From a virus, in the IMG/VR virus record IMGVR_UViG_3300044534_000145: a stretch of 49,494 bases of DNA; one strand, given 5' to 3'. A model generated the notes under the pieces. That model was not told where the DNA came from. It made no database searches and was given only the letters and a program-made list of their open reading frames with translations. This document shows, piece after piece, positions 6,501 to 16,800 of the stretch. The translations under genes were made by a program, and so were the position numbers. Position 1 is the first letter of the stretch. The number at the start of each line of letters is the position of its first letter.

Positions 6501-8681
6501 CTAGTTGTTAACTAGAGAATCATAAATAACATAACAATATTGCTTACCAGGATCTGCTTCTGTTGCTATTCTTGAAACGCCCTCTCCGGAATAATCGTTT
6601 CCGAGTGTAAGACAGGTTCCGCTAGTTGAAATAGTTGATCCCTTGATTTCAAAAGGGTTTTCGAGCCCCGCTATCCAGCCTTGCAGATACCCATGAGCCG
6701 ATGATAGTCCTGTAACAACACTAGATAGATCAATAATTTTAGTTCCCGATGAATGGGCGCTTAATGGTATCTGAGCGTTCACGATAAAGTAAACATATTT
6801 ATTGGCTTTATCAATTTTAATTAAAATTTTTCCTTGGTATATTCCAGATGTGCCGGATAGATCTAATTCACGCCAAGCACTTGCTTCAACGCTTTTCAAA
6901 TCGTCGCTAGTAGCGACTGAAACACCTCCTGACTGCAAACCTGCTGTAAAGTTTGCTGGCTTTGTAGTATCGGCAAGCGTTGATGGAACTGCCGGAACAC
7001 CGTCTTTAGTGATATAAGGATTACCCGTTGCTTTATCAATTGGCGCAGTATCGAAAGTATTTTTACCTGTAAACTCTTGGTCTTGCCCCGTTCGTACTAG
7101 ATCAGACGGTAAACTGCTTGCTAGAAGTAACGGATTGTTGTTGACCGTTGGGACGGTGTCAAAGTCGTTAGCTCCAGATAGGTGGGCTACTTTGGAATCG
7201 TCAGATAAAAACACCCACGGTAACATGTCACCGCCTATTAAATTACCATTTGGCCTTACATATCTGACTGCTATTCCTGATTCAGTATTTAATGCATATG
7301 AAATCTGAATCTCTTCATAGGTGCTCCAATTATATTGAATTTTATTTTCCAGTATAATAGTCTTTTTAAAAGGATTGTTAGGGGCGCTTGCAGAAACGTA
7401 ATATAATCCGGGCTTAAATAAAGTGTCTACATCCGTAGTAATTGGCTGAGCATTTATGCCTATTGCAGAATCTAGCACTGCCGGAGTGAAAGAATCTCCA
7501 TTTACTTGAATCGTACCATCATGATTATCATGGACAACTTTGGAATCGTCAGCAGGTGTGTAGCCAATTTTATCTTGTTTAGCGTTAACTTCATCAATTC
7601 CGGCTACATCGTTGGCTGGTTTACGCATATCAGCGGTATGGACAACTTTGCTGTCGTCAGCAGGTGTCATATGTTTGCCGTTAAAATTAATTGAGCCATT
7701 TTTATTGTCTCGAACCGGCGTGACAGCTTGTTTGTTAATCTCGATTGAATTGTCACCATTATCAGTAACTTTGGTCGCAATATCTTTTGCTAAGCCGTAA
7801 GCGTCGCCGTTTTTGTCGACTGGATCAGTTTCAAAAGTATTTTTGCCTTTGAAGTCATTATTTTCACCAGTTCTGGCGATGTCAGTTGGCAAAACCGCAT
7901 TCAATTGAGACTTGGTAATAACTAAATCCCATTCGGCCCATTTGTTATTAGTTGGATTATATGATCGAACGTGACCTGTGCCATTGATATCATCATAGGC
8001 AAGTTGCGTGACACCATCGGTAGTGTCTTTGTTACCATAGACGATAATTTGACCATTAGTCGAAAAGCCATCCGGTGCATTCAGCGGTAAGTTGCCTTTA
8101 ACCAGGTGATAGCTGGTAGTGATCATTTTGTTGCAATCGTCTGTAGTTGAAACAATTGATCCGTTATTGATAATTCCTTCAGCAATTAGGGCATTTACTT
8201 GATTGTCTACATACTCTTTTGTAACTGAACCAGCTGGATTTGTATTAACCACTACTTCAGCACTTCGACTAAGTGTCATCGCATACTTTGGCGAAATTGC
8301 GGCGGTCGCTGCATTGTTTGAACCGGCCGGCATCGTTTGCTTGACAGTCGATGGTGAAACGGCAATCAGGTACTCTGTTGAATCTTTGATGCCCTTGGCA
8401 TACCAACCAATACAATAGAAATCGAAATCTTCAGTGATAGCTGCATTGGTGAATGATGCTGATAAATTAATTGTGTCATTAATTCGGCTATTAATGCTAA
8501 TGGGTGATGACATTTTAACGCTCAAAGTAGTAATTTTTTGAATTGTTGTCGCGGCCGCTTGTGTCAAGTCGTCCGACGCCAATACGGCTTTGGTATACTT
8601 GATTTTATCGTCACCGCCATTCACTGATGTGAGTAAGTTCAGGCCATTATCAGTGATGACAGTGTCGTCAAATTTTTGCAT
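6501..8681 (-). CDS. Tail fibre / receptor-binding protein (P2 gpH / XkdV-like tail-collar N-terminus)
   Basis: N-terminus MQKFDDTVITDNGLNLL...YTKAVLA resembles the tail-collar fibre N-domain. Internal repeats: TPADDSKVVH x2 (with a related DDSKVAH) and (A/V)RTG(E/Q)(N/D)..F.GKNTF.T.P.DK x2. Last tail gene. Confidence 0.75.
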   Translation of the reverse strand: MQKFDDTVITDNGLNLLTSVNGGDDKIKYTKAVLASDDLTQAAATTIQKITTLSVKMSSPISINSRINDTINLSASFTNAAITEDFDFYCIGWYAKGIKDSTEYLIAVSPSTVKQTMPAGSNNAATAAISPKYAMTLSRSAEVVVNTNPAGSVTKEYVDNQVNALIAEGIINNGSIVSTTDDCNKMITTSYHLVKGNLPLNAPDGFSTNGQIIVYGNKDTTDGVTQLAYDDINGTGHVRSYNPTNNKWAEWDLVITKSQLNAVLPTDIARTGENNDFKGKNTFETDPVDKNGDAYGLAKDIATKVTDNGDNSIEINKQAVTPVRDNKNGSINFNGKHMTPADDSKVVHTADMRKPANDVAGIDEVNAKQDKIGYTPADDSKVVHDNHDGTIQVNGDSFTPAVLDSAIGINAQPITTDVDTLFKPGLYYVSASAPNNPFKKTIILENKIQYNWSTYEEIQISYALNTESGIAVRYVRPNGNLIGGDMLPWVFLSDDSKVAHLSGANDFDTVPTVNNNPLLLASSLPSDLVRTGQDQEFTGKNTFDTAPIDKATGNPYITKDGVPAVPSTLADTTKPANFTAGLQSGGVSVATSDDLKSVEASAWRELDLSGTSGIYQGKILIKIDKANKYVYFIVNAQIPLSAHSSGTKIIDLSSVVTGLSSAHGYLQGWIAGLENPFEIKGSTISTSGTCLTLGNDYSGEGVSRIATEADPGKQYCYVIYDSLVNN

Positions 8682-8699
8682 TCGTTAATTCTCTCCTTT

Positions 8700-9269
8700 T
8701 TAGTAGAGTTGAAATTCTTCTTCAATCACAGTCGAGGCACCGTAGTAGAGCGTTGAATTAGTCTGGATCGCAAATTCGACGTTGTCAATCCAAATGCCCA
8801 GCATGGTAGCGGCTTGCAGTCCTGTCAACATGATTTCTGTTTTGCGTTTATCATCGGCGTAGTCAAAGGGGATGCCATAAACCGTGATATGATTAACGTT
8901 CTTATTGCCGTCCCTAGTCGATTCCACATGCAGTTCTTTGGGATCAATTTCTAGCGAATTGGCAATCACGTTTTCCAAGGAATTGATTGTTCCGTCTGAA
9001 TGTGAAACTTCCCTTTTTAAACGAATCAGGAAACGCAAGAAATCATCGTCACTGTCTGGCCGTGATACTTGATATTGTTCAGCAATCAGGTCAAGTGTGG
9101 TGCCTTCAGCATTATCAATTGCATGCCAATCCACAATCTTGTCACCAATGTCCGATCCTCGCTCCAGAATTGAATTCAGCTCGTCACAAATGCCAAACAG
9201 ATTACTATTAGGATCATGGCTCCAGTGCGTCGCAATTTCGGCCATCATATCTTCTGTTGTCCGTAACAT
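8700..9269 (-). CDS. Baseplate / tail-fibre attachment protein (XkdU / P2 gpI-like)
   Basis: Position directly after baseplate J. Size and synteny match PBSX xkdT-xkdU-xkdV. Confidence 0.55.
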   Translation of the reverse strand: MLRTTEDMMAEIATHWSHDPNSNLFGICDELNSILERGSDIGDKIVDWHAIDNAEGTTLDLIAEQYQVSRPDSDDDFLRFLIRLKREVSHSDGTINSLENVIANSLEIDPKELHVESTRDGNKNVNHITVYGIPFDYADDKRKTEIMLTGLQAATMLGIWIDNVEFAIQTNSTLYYGASTVIEEEFQLY

Positions 9270-9279
9270 GATCGGCCCC

Positions 9280-10521
9280 CTAACTAAAACTCAACGTAAT
9301 TGAGTTCGGTGTTGAAACGGAATTAGTCAATAGCGGTGTATATGGATCACCAACATTAATCCAATCAGCTGAGCCCTCCGGTGCTTCAAATTTATCGACT
9401 TGAATATCGTGATCGGCCAATGTTTGCATGCTCCGACCAATCGTAATTTTGGCTTCATCAATGCCGTCAAGTGAATAGATATCGGGGTACATCTTTGTCA
9501 ACACCACGTTGGCCCCCATCTCCAAACCATTGATATATTCAGCAATCAACTGTTTAACTTCGTCAGTACCGGATTCGGCGTCCCAGTTGGCATTGGTCTT
9601 AAGCGATACGTTAACATAAATCGGCACCGGCGTGGCGTAGTCAAAGTAATATGTTTTCAAGTCACCAGTGATATCAGCAACTTGCCCAGTTTCTGAACCA
9701 GTAAACAGTGGGCCATAGCCGGAATACTTCGCTAGGGCTGCCAGAATATCCGATTTAGCACCGCCCAATACATATAGATGAACGGTGTACGGTGGATTAC
9801 CATATTGATCAACTGAATCATATGGATTCTCAACGTCATTAACTTCCCGAACACCGGCAACGTTGAGCAGAGCGGTCTTAATCCCGTTAATTGTGGCGGA
9901 CGGATTGGCAACCGTCTCCATGATAATTCGCCGTCGTAAGTGGGCATCGGTTTCTTCATCGGTGCCGCCATTTGATTGTTCCGGATTGGTAACACTCAAA
10001 ATGTTGTCGTCCGGATCACTAACAATGGTGATTGTGTTGGCTGGCACATTGGTATATGAGCCATAATCATCCGAATCGGCCACCACATCAGCTGACCAGC
10101 TTTTATCCGTCTGCTGGGTTGAGATCACATCGTCTTCGGTATCAAATACAACGCCGTTATCTGTTTCAAACTGCGTACCGGCTTCAATCAAATATTCACC
10201 ATCAGTGACAATGTGTAAAGTGGCTTCAGACTGCGAATCCGCATCACGAGTGATTGAAGCATTGGATGCCAATCGATCCAGCCCAGTACCGGTTGCCGTT
10301 GACACATAGGCACTGTAGTAAACCATTTGCAACTGCTGGTAGTATTTTGATAACTCGAACGCATAAGACATGGACAGCATGCCAAAGTTCGAATTGCCGT
10401 TCATTGGCGTTTGTGGGCCAAATCGGCGTCGCCAATCGGTTTGAATGGTATCAAGTAATTCTTCATAAGTTGGTACCAATAAACCGGTTGATGTTAAGCC
10501 AAACTTTAAATCAAGAGCCAA
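9280..10521 (-). CDS. Baseplate J-like protein (XkdT / gp47 family)
   Basis: NGGTDEETDAHLRRRI motif typical of Baseplate_J. The TTG 10521 start follows GGAAGGAGG. The track's upstream extension overlaps the previous gene and has no RBS. Confidence 0.8.
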   Translation of the reverse strand: MALDLKFGLTSTGLLVPTYEELLDTIQTDWRRRFGPQTPMNGNSNFGMLSMSYAFELSKYYQQLQMVYYSAYVSTATGTGLDRLASNASITRDADSQSEATLHIVTDGEYLIEAGTQFETDNGVVFDTEDDVISTQQTDKSWSADVVADSDDYGSYTNVPANTITIVSDPDDNILSVTNPEQSNGGTDEETDAHLRRRIIMETVANPSATINGIKTALLNVAGVREVNDVENPYDSVDQYGNPPYTVHLYVLGGAKSDILAALAKYSGYGPLFTGSETGQVADITGDLKTYYFDYATPVPIYVNVSLKTNANWDAESGTDEVKQLIAEYINGLEMGANVVLTKMYPDIYSLDGIDEAKITIGRSMQTLADHDIQVDKFEAPEGSADWINVGDPYTPLLTNSVSTPNSITLSFS

Positions 10522-10897
10522 TCTCGTAACCTCCTTCCGTTTGCTGTTCGTTCTGATCCTCGTCGATATATGTCGCCACAAAGTCAACTTGGACGTGTCG
10601 ATTAAGCAATTTCGTAAAGTTGACTGAATCGAAACTAACCACCTCTGGCACTTGGGCAATTACTGCTGCTTCCATATCATCGGCCGCATACTCAAAGTTG
10701 GGATTCTTTCCCAGCAAATTAGAGTAATCAGAACCAATTTCTGGATCTAAGTTACTCATTTCGCCAAAGTAAATATCCCAAGTGGCTCGAATCCGTTGAG
10801 CAATCTCATCGGCACCTTCAACCATTGCCAAATCGTGAGTATTGGGATCAATTACAAAATCACCAGTTTTTGGATCAATCATTAAATCCCTTGCCAA
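10511..10897 (-). CDS. Baseplate wedge protein (XkdS / gp25-W-like)
   Basis: 128 aa. Synteny between the spike-like protein and baseplate J. ...VEGADEIAQRIRATW... resembles the gp25/W family. Confidence 0.6.
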   Translation of the reverse strand: MARDLMIDPKTGDFVIDPNTHDLAMVEGADEIAQRIRATWDIYFGEMSNLDPEIGSDYSNLLGKNPNFEYAADDMEAAVIAQVPEVVSFDSVNFTKLLNRHVQVDFVATYIDEDQNEQQTEGGYEIGS

Positions 10898-11365
10898 TTA
10901 AATCACCCCCATAATGATGGAATCGTTAATGTCATGTTGCCGCTTCGTTGCTGGCGTATATGGCTTAGCGGTGCCGTCCCAATCATCAGTGTCATGATCC
11001 AAAACAACCGCCACCACCGTTGCGCCATCATGCATTAATGGTTTGGGAATTTTGCTAATAAAGCTACTGGCAATCGGAATGCCTTTATCATCGGCATATG
11101 CATCAACTTTTGCGAAATCGCCTTTAACAGAAGCCAGCCACTCATCAAACTCATAGCAACAAGTGTTTACCGGCACATCGAGTAACTGAGCTTTATTAGA
11201 ACCGTCCGAAAAGTTATTAAGTGGTTGAATGTCGGCAATGTGCTTTGATTTATCATACTTAACCACTTTTGCCGGAAATGCACAATCGATACTGTAATTC
11301 ATCGCATTACAAAAGTTCTTAAAAGCCTTATACCAATTATTTTGTTTATTAAGCTGTTCTACCAT
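10898..11365 (-). CDS. Baseplate central spike / gpV-like OB-fold protein (XkdR-like)
   Basis: FPAKVVKYDKSKHIADIQPL resembles the gpV/Gp45 N-terminal motif. ATG 11365 follows AGAGGTG. Confidence 0.6.
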   Translation of the reverse strand: MVEQLNKQNNWYKAFKNFCNAMNYSIDCAFPAKVVKYDKSKHIADIQPLNNFSDGSNKAQLLDVPVNTCCYEFDEWLASVKGDFAKVDAYADDKGIPIASSFISKIPKPLMHDGATVVAVVLDHDTDDWDGTAKPYTPATKRQHDINDSIIMGVI

Positions 11366-11375
11366 ATACTCACCT

Positions 11376-12410
11376 CTAAACTGCCTGTATAGACATCTGT
11401 GTCTGTGGATTCGTACCATCTGAAGAATGTTGCCCAGCCGATACAAAAAACTTACCTTTTAGATACTTGGATTGCATGATAATTCCAGATAACGTTGTTA
11501 TTTCTGGAATCAACGGTGTTGTGATCTGCCATGTATCGGTACCCTCATCGTCTTCATCCAGTGTTGGTGGTGACATCAAAATATCATCGGTAATCACAAA
11601 CCAACTCCGCTTTTTATCAGTCGGATCCATAATGGTTAAATCGCCACGAATATACAGCATCTTCGATCCAGCCCGTTTTACCAATGATTTTAAAACGGTC
11701 AGTGGTTTTCCACTGGCCGTATAGGCTTTCTTAATAGCTGAATTCTTGTGCAGATTAATTTTAGTGATTTTAATTCCCGACTTGGCAGCCACTGCTGTAA
11801 TAATTTGCTTGTACGTTTTGCCCTTTTTGAAAGTCATATTGACCATAAAGGTTTTGGTAGCTTTATGCTTTACCCGTTTTTTCTGGTAAGTGGCTTTTCG
11901 ATACTCTTTCTTGTATTTGTAATGCCCAACCTTTTTACCTTTTTCCGTTGTATAGTAATGGATCCGCTTTTTTACCCACTTGCCGGGTATCTTTTTCTTG
12001 ACGGTGGTGTACTGATTAACTTTTTTCTTTTTCTCCACTCGCAATTTACGAGCTTCGATATTCTTGTAATCAGTTCCCTCAGTAAAGGTGATCACAATAT
12101 TATCAGTCGTTCCATCAGATTGATTGACACCAATCTGAGATAAATAACCCTGACACAATACTTTCTTACTTTTGCCCCAGTTAAATGCCAGCTCACACTT
12201 TTGCCCTTTTTTATAGAAATTACGGTGTTCTTGACTCATGTTGTAGAGCGTGACGGAATTTTGTGCCGGTGTCGGTTGATCACTGAAGTTAACCTCAAAA
12301 GCAAACGGGTAATTATTGTCTTTAGTCTCATTGTTATAAACGGTTTGGGTATCGTCATCGTCTGATTTGACGATAAACCATGCGTGGGGATCTTTGAATT
12401 CAGTTGTCAT
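11376..12410 (-). CDS. Baseplate hub protein (XkdQ / gpD-like) with a Lys-rich insertion
   Basis: Synteny between the LysM protein and the spike. Central region of about 75 aa is extremely basic (KKKKVNQYTTVKKKIPGKWVKKRIHYY...KKRVKHKATK). Confidence 0.55.
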   Translation of the reverse strand: MTTEFKDPHAWFIVKSDDDDTQTVYNNETKDNNYPFAFEVNFSDQPTPAQNSVTLYNMSQEHRNFYKKGQKCELAFNWGKSKKVLCQGYLSQIGVNQSDGTTDNIVITFTEGTDYKNIEARKLRVEKKKKVNQYTTVKKKIPGKWVKKRIHYYTTEKGKKVGHYKYKKEYRKATYQKKRVKHKATKTFMVNMTFKKGKTYKQIITAVAAKSGIKITKINLHKNSAIKKAYTASGKPLTVLKSLVKRAGSKMLYIRGDLTIMDPTDKKRSWFVITDDILMSPPTLDEDDEGTDTWQITTPLIPEITTLSGIIMQSKYLKGKFFVSAGQHSSDGTNPQTQMSIQAV

Positions 12411-12820
12411 AAGATAACCGTCCCTTCAGCATCGCTTTCTTCATCGTCTTCGTCTGGATCATAGCCCAACGGTGTAGCGTCCGGATTATCGGTCTCAGAA
12501 CCATTGGGATCAACCTCGTCCAGATACATCTCCACACCGTTATCAAAGTTAACAAAGCCGGCGTCTAATGCCTGACCGGATTCGTCCATTACCCGAATAT
12601 CATCAAGCGGCAATTCTCGATCAGGGATGTCTTGACCGATAAGGTTGTCCAGTAACAATGGTTCACCAGACAACAACACCCGACCAACTTTGGCAATCGT
12701 AATTGTCAGGTAGTCTGCCACATCGTTATAGTCAATGCGGATCAGATACGTACCACCGCCTAACTCAATCTCGATAATGTTTGGAAAGTTATTCATGTCT
12801 ACCGGAATGTACTGTCTCAT
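12407..12820 (-). CDS. Hypothetical tail/baseplate protein with an acidic C-terminus
   Basis: Coupled (4-nt overlap) to the hub gene. No family recognised. Confidence 0.5.
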   Translation of the reverse strand: MRQYIPVDMNNFPNIIEIELGGGTYLIRIDYNDVADYLTITIAKVGRVLLSGEPLLLDNLIGQDIPDRELPLDDIRVMDESGQALDAGFVNFDNGVEMYLDEVDPNGSETDNPDATPLGYDPDEDDEESDAEGTVIL

Positions 12821-12862
12821 TCAATCACCTCACTAAAAAAACACTCAGCGAAGCGCTGAATG

Positions 12863-13813
12863 CTAACGTACCCGAATCTTTAATCCTTGTACCATCTTAT
12901 TTTTATTGATTAATTTCAACCAAGCTGCTGATTTACCGTAAATTTTGGAAATCTGCGTGACACCCATGCTGTTCTTGTACGTAATAGCTTTATACGTCTT
13001 GTTGCGATTCCCCAACAAAGTAACCGTTGATTTGGCGTTTTTGTTGGTCTTTTTCGTTCCAGTTGAAGTGGTTACTTTGGCTGCATATGAGAATGTGAAT
13101 GTCAGTGAAACTTTGATGTTAGTAGCATAGTCGTCATACGTTCGATTGACGTCTGTTAATAACAAATGCTTATAATAAACTTTCCCTTTATAAGTTAATT
13201 CATAATGTCGACTGTTCCATTGCAATAACTTGTTGAATTTCTCACGTGATTCATGATCGGTATCACCGGTAATAATTCCACTGGCGGTAATCGTCTTACC
13301 ACTCGTGCGTGCGTAATTGTGCGCTGGTGAGCCTGTATCACGCGGCCAACTAGTTACATCAGTCGTGGTGTCATCACTCTCGCCACCGGTAGTTGCAATA
13401 AAAACAACATCGGTGTTACTGCCATCGCTTCGATAAATAGCCGGTTTACCTTCGTTTTCACCAGCATCAACCTTCTTACTATGCTCGCCAATTTTAGAAG
13501 TGATTTTAGAAAGATTATTCTTGGCTCTTTCTTTATCGAATTTCAGCTTTTTATTTTTGTACGTTTTTAATTTCGTATTGTTTCGGCTATAAGCATTTTT
13601 AGCTGAATTTTTAACTTTTTTCCAAGCATCCCGACGAGAAATAATCTGTTTTTGAATCAACGGATTTTTTTCGCGGTCATACCAGTCTTGGTAAAAGCTC
13701 ACCTTGGACCTAGCTTTATCACACTTATCACGGTATTTATCAACCGTTTTCGTATACTTACTAATTGCCGAATCAACCTTCCGCTCTGCTGTCGTTTTCT
13801 TTTTAGCTGCCAA
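12863..13813 (-). CDS. XkdP-like tail protein with a degenerate C-terminal LysM-like segment
   Basis: Follows the tape measure gene as in PBSX. C-terminus ITYKNSMGVTQISKIYGKSAAWLKLINKNKMVQGLKIRV. TTG 13813 follows TAGGAGGTG. Confidence 0.55.
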   Translation of the reverse strand: MAAKKKTTAERKVDSAISKYTKTVDKYRDKCDKARSKVSFYQDWYDREKNPLIQKQIISRRDAWKKVKNSAKNAYSRNNTKLKTYKNKKLKFDKERAKNNLSKITSKIGEHSKKVDAGENEGKPAIYRSDGSNTDVVFIATTGGESDDTTTDVTSWPRDTGSPAHNYARTSGKTITASGIITGDTDHESREKFNKLLQWNSRHYELTYKGKVYYKHLLLTDVNRTYDDYATNIKVSLTFTFSYAAKVTTSTGTKKTNKNAKSTVTLLGNRNKTYKAITYKNSMGVTQISKIYGKSAAWLKLINKNKMVQGLKIRVR

Positions 13814-13824
13814 ATTGCCACCTC

Positions 13825-16800
13825 CTACCAAACACTGTCGTCAAGGCCGAACTCATCATTCAACTTCTCAAATAAATCAATCAGTTTACGTTCCATCTTG
13901 TCAGCAGCCTTGTTCATAGTCTTCTCATCTGAAATATCGCCGTTAAAGTTAATTGTGATATGTGGCTCAATCTTAGCTTTCGAAGGCTTTGTTTTAAGAG
14001 ATTTAACAGACTTCAGAAAGTTGGCACTTGGAGAATTCTTGTCAACTTTGGCACGAGCATCAATGGTTTGACCGATTAAATTATCGGCAGTATTCCGTTT
14101 AGGATTGATAGCCACTTCAGGTTCACCAGCAACTTCACCAAAGATAGAGGCTTTACCAGCCCAGCCACCATTGGCATACCAACCGGCTCTGTGCCGAAAT
14201 GCAAGCGCTTTGCCAGCAGTTCCATAGCGGCTCTTGATGTACATTTTCATAGCACGTAGTTGAGTAATTGGATTACTACGCCAATCAGAACCAGCTTTGG
14301 CTAAATTACCCGCAGTCGTTTGTGGAATCCCTAAATATTTACCGTTTTGTGCATGAACTTGCCAATTTGACTCTCTGTTGATAATCTCTGAAATTGGAGC
14401 CCACCAAGAATGTGGAATACCTGCTTGCTCCAGCCAGTGCATATGATCGCCCTTAGGAACTGGACCACCAGTCATTGATTGATCGGCAAACCGCTTCTGA
14501 ATTGACTTTAATGCACTTTTACCGAGTTCTTGTTTTGCTAATGCCGTCAAACGGCCACTAGCCTTACCCCGTTTACCATTATCTTTATCATGCAAATTCT
14601 TAATTCGATAATAGTCATAACCCATGGACATCGGTGAGAAAATCGATGTTACTCGTGCATGCGGCGGTGTTTCATTAAACATGGTACCTTTAACCGGATT
14701 ATCAATAATGCCGACATGTCCGGCATCGCCGCCACCATGACCATAGATAATCAAATCGCCTTGACGAGTTGCTGAACGGTGATGTCCCAGATTAGTAACA
14801 CCATTGGAGTTCTGCATAGCCACAGTATTTCGACCAATATCAATGCCAAAATGCTTTAATGCGGTGTAGACCATTCCGGAACAATCATAGTATCTGGGGC
14901 CAAGACCGCCCATCAGATATGGTTTGCCTGAAAAATGCTCCATGGCATATTTTAAGAACTCACTACGGACACCACCAGTGCCGCCCATTTGTCCCTCAAT
15001 AACTTGCCACATAGCAGCCATCCATGGCTTACCATACTTGCTGGCTGCATTTTTCTCTAATTCAGTTGAACCCTTTTGAAGCTGAGATCCAGCAACCTTA
15101 ATATGAACATTAAAGTTATTATCAAATGATTTGCCGGGATTCTTTTGACCAGCATCAGCAATCTTTTGCAAAGTACTATCTGAAACACCGGAACCTTTTG
15201 CAAAATGCTGAATGCCATATGATGCAGCAACTGTTTGTGTTTGTCGACCATTCAGAACTTGATCATTCTTTTTGAGATGTAAAATACGATCTTTGCCGTG
15301 TGGTATTAATGCCTGATTGCCACGGATAACCATTTCTTGTCGAGGACCAGATTGCGCATCGTTGACCATTACTAGTTGGTCTTCAGGCAATCGTCCATTA
15401 GAACCAGCTGCGTACTTGATCGGATTGATAACACTCTTATTGCCACCGAATTGACCAAGAACACTGTCAATTCCTGAAATGCCATGATTTAACTGGCCGA
15501 TTGCGCCACCCATTGCTGAGTGAGCATAGCCTTTCATTCGGCCCATTTCTTTACCAAAGCCAACCGCAGTGCCTTTAGCTGCCGAAATAACTCCGGACTG
15601 CAACTGATTCATCTGTTTCTGCGAGCCTTGTTGCATATCGTTGAAGTCACCAACAGTACTCTTGCGTAGATTGTTGGTTCGTTTTCCGGTTTGGCTTAGA
15701 ATTGACTTCCACTGTGAATTGCTGCCACTCTGTAACTGGCTAAGTTGTTTTACCGAGCCTTTTTGCAAGTCATCATAATCGCCAACAGTGTTCTTCTGAA
15801 TCTTTTGAGAACGTGACTTAGTGTCTTTAGAAATACCATTCCAAGTGTCTTTAGAATTCTTGGAGAATTTATCGAGCGATTGTTTCGACTTCTTAGTGGT
15901 CGTGTCGTAATCCTTGGCAACCTTGTTTAAACCACTCTTAACGTTCTTATCATTAGAGACTGTTCGACCAAGTGTTGAAGTTCCAGCAGCATAACCGGGC
16001 AAAGTATGTCCAAGACCGCCACCCATTACTTGAGCTGTATCATGAGCATTTAGAATTCTTTCACCAGGGTTAACCTTGGCAATATGTGGACCAGCGGCAC
16101 CAAGGATGCGAGCTTTGCGACCGTTAACTGTGTACGCTAATTCGGGCCCAGCTTCACCAACTAACGCGTTGTGCTGAGAAGTGATTAAACCGCCATTCGC
16201 ATGAGCACCAAGTGTGTGTTTTCCTTCTTTAGTAACTCCGCCTGCCCACTTAGCAATACCACTAACGACACTGCCGACTTTTTTCGTAATTTTGCCGACA
16301 GCATTGCCGATTTTGCCAAAAATGTTACTGATATAATCCCATGCGGATTTAATCGGCTTTTTAATCGCATCACCGACCGCACTGAAAATATTACCAGCTG
16401 TTTTAGATAAGCCACGCCATTCTTTACCAAGCCAACTAGATGTGCCATTCCACAAATCGTGAATATATTCAGTGACCGAGTGCCAAGCTCTTTTAATTGG
16501 TGAAGTAATATTTGCCCAATATTTACCGACCGTACTACTAAATGCCGTCCACTTTTTGCCCAACCATCGAGAAGTTGAATTCCAAACATTGGACACAACT
16601 TTGATACCAGCACGCCAAGCTTTGCCAACTACATTCCCAATTGAACGCCATAAACTTCCAGCTGTCTTGGCGAATGATCGCCATTTCTTGCGAATCCAAT
16701 TTAAAACGCTGGTAACCGGCTTCTCTAATGGTTTGACAATATACCGATGAGCTAATCCAACTGCAAACTCGAATGGTGCGGCGATTGCATGTGCAACACC

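Noticed and set aside
9280-10659. Track version of the baseplate-J ORF with a 46-aa N-terminal extension.
   Set aside because: The extension overlaps the upstream wedge gene by about 150 nt and lacks an RBS. TTG 10521 follows GGAAGGAGG and gives the usual short overlap.
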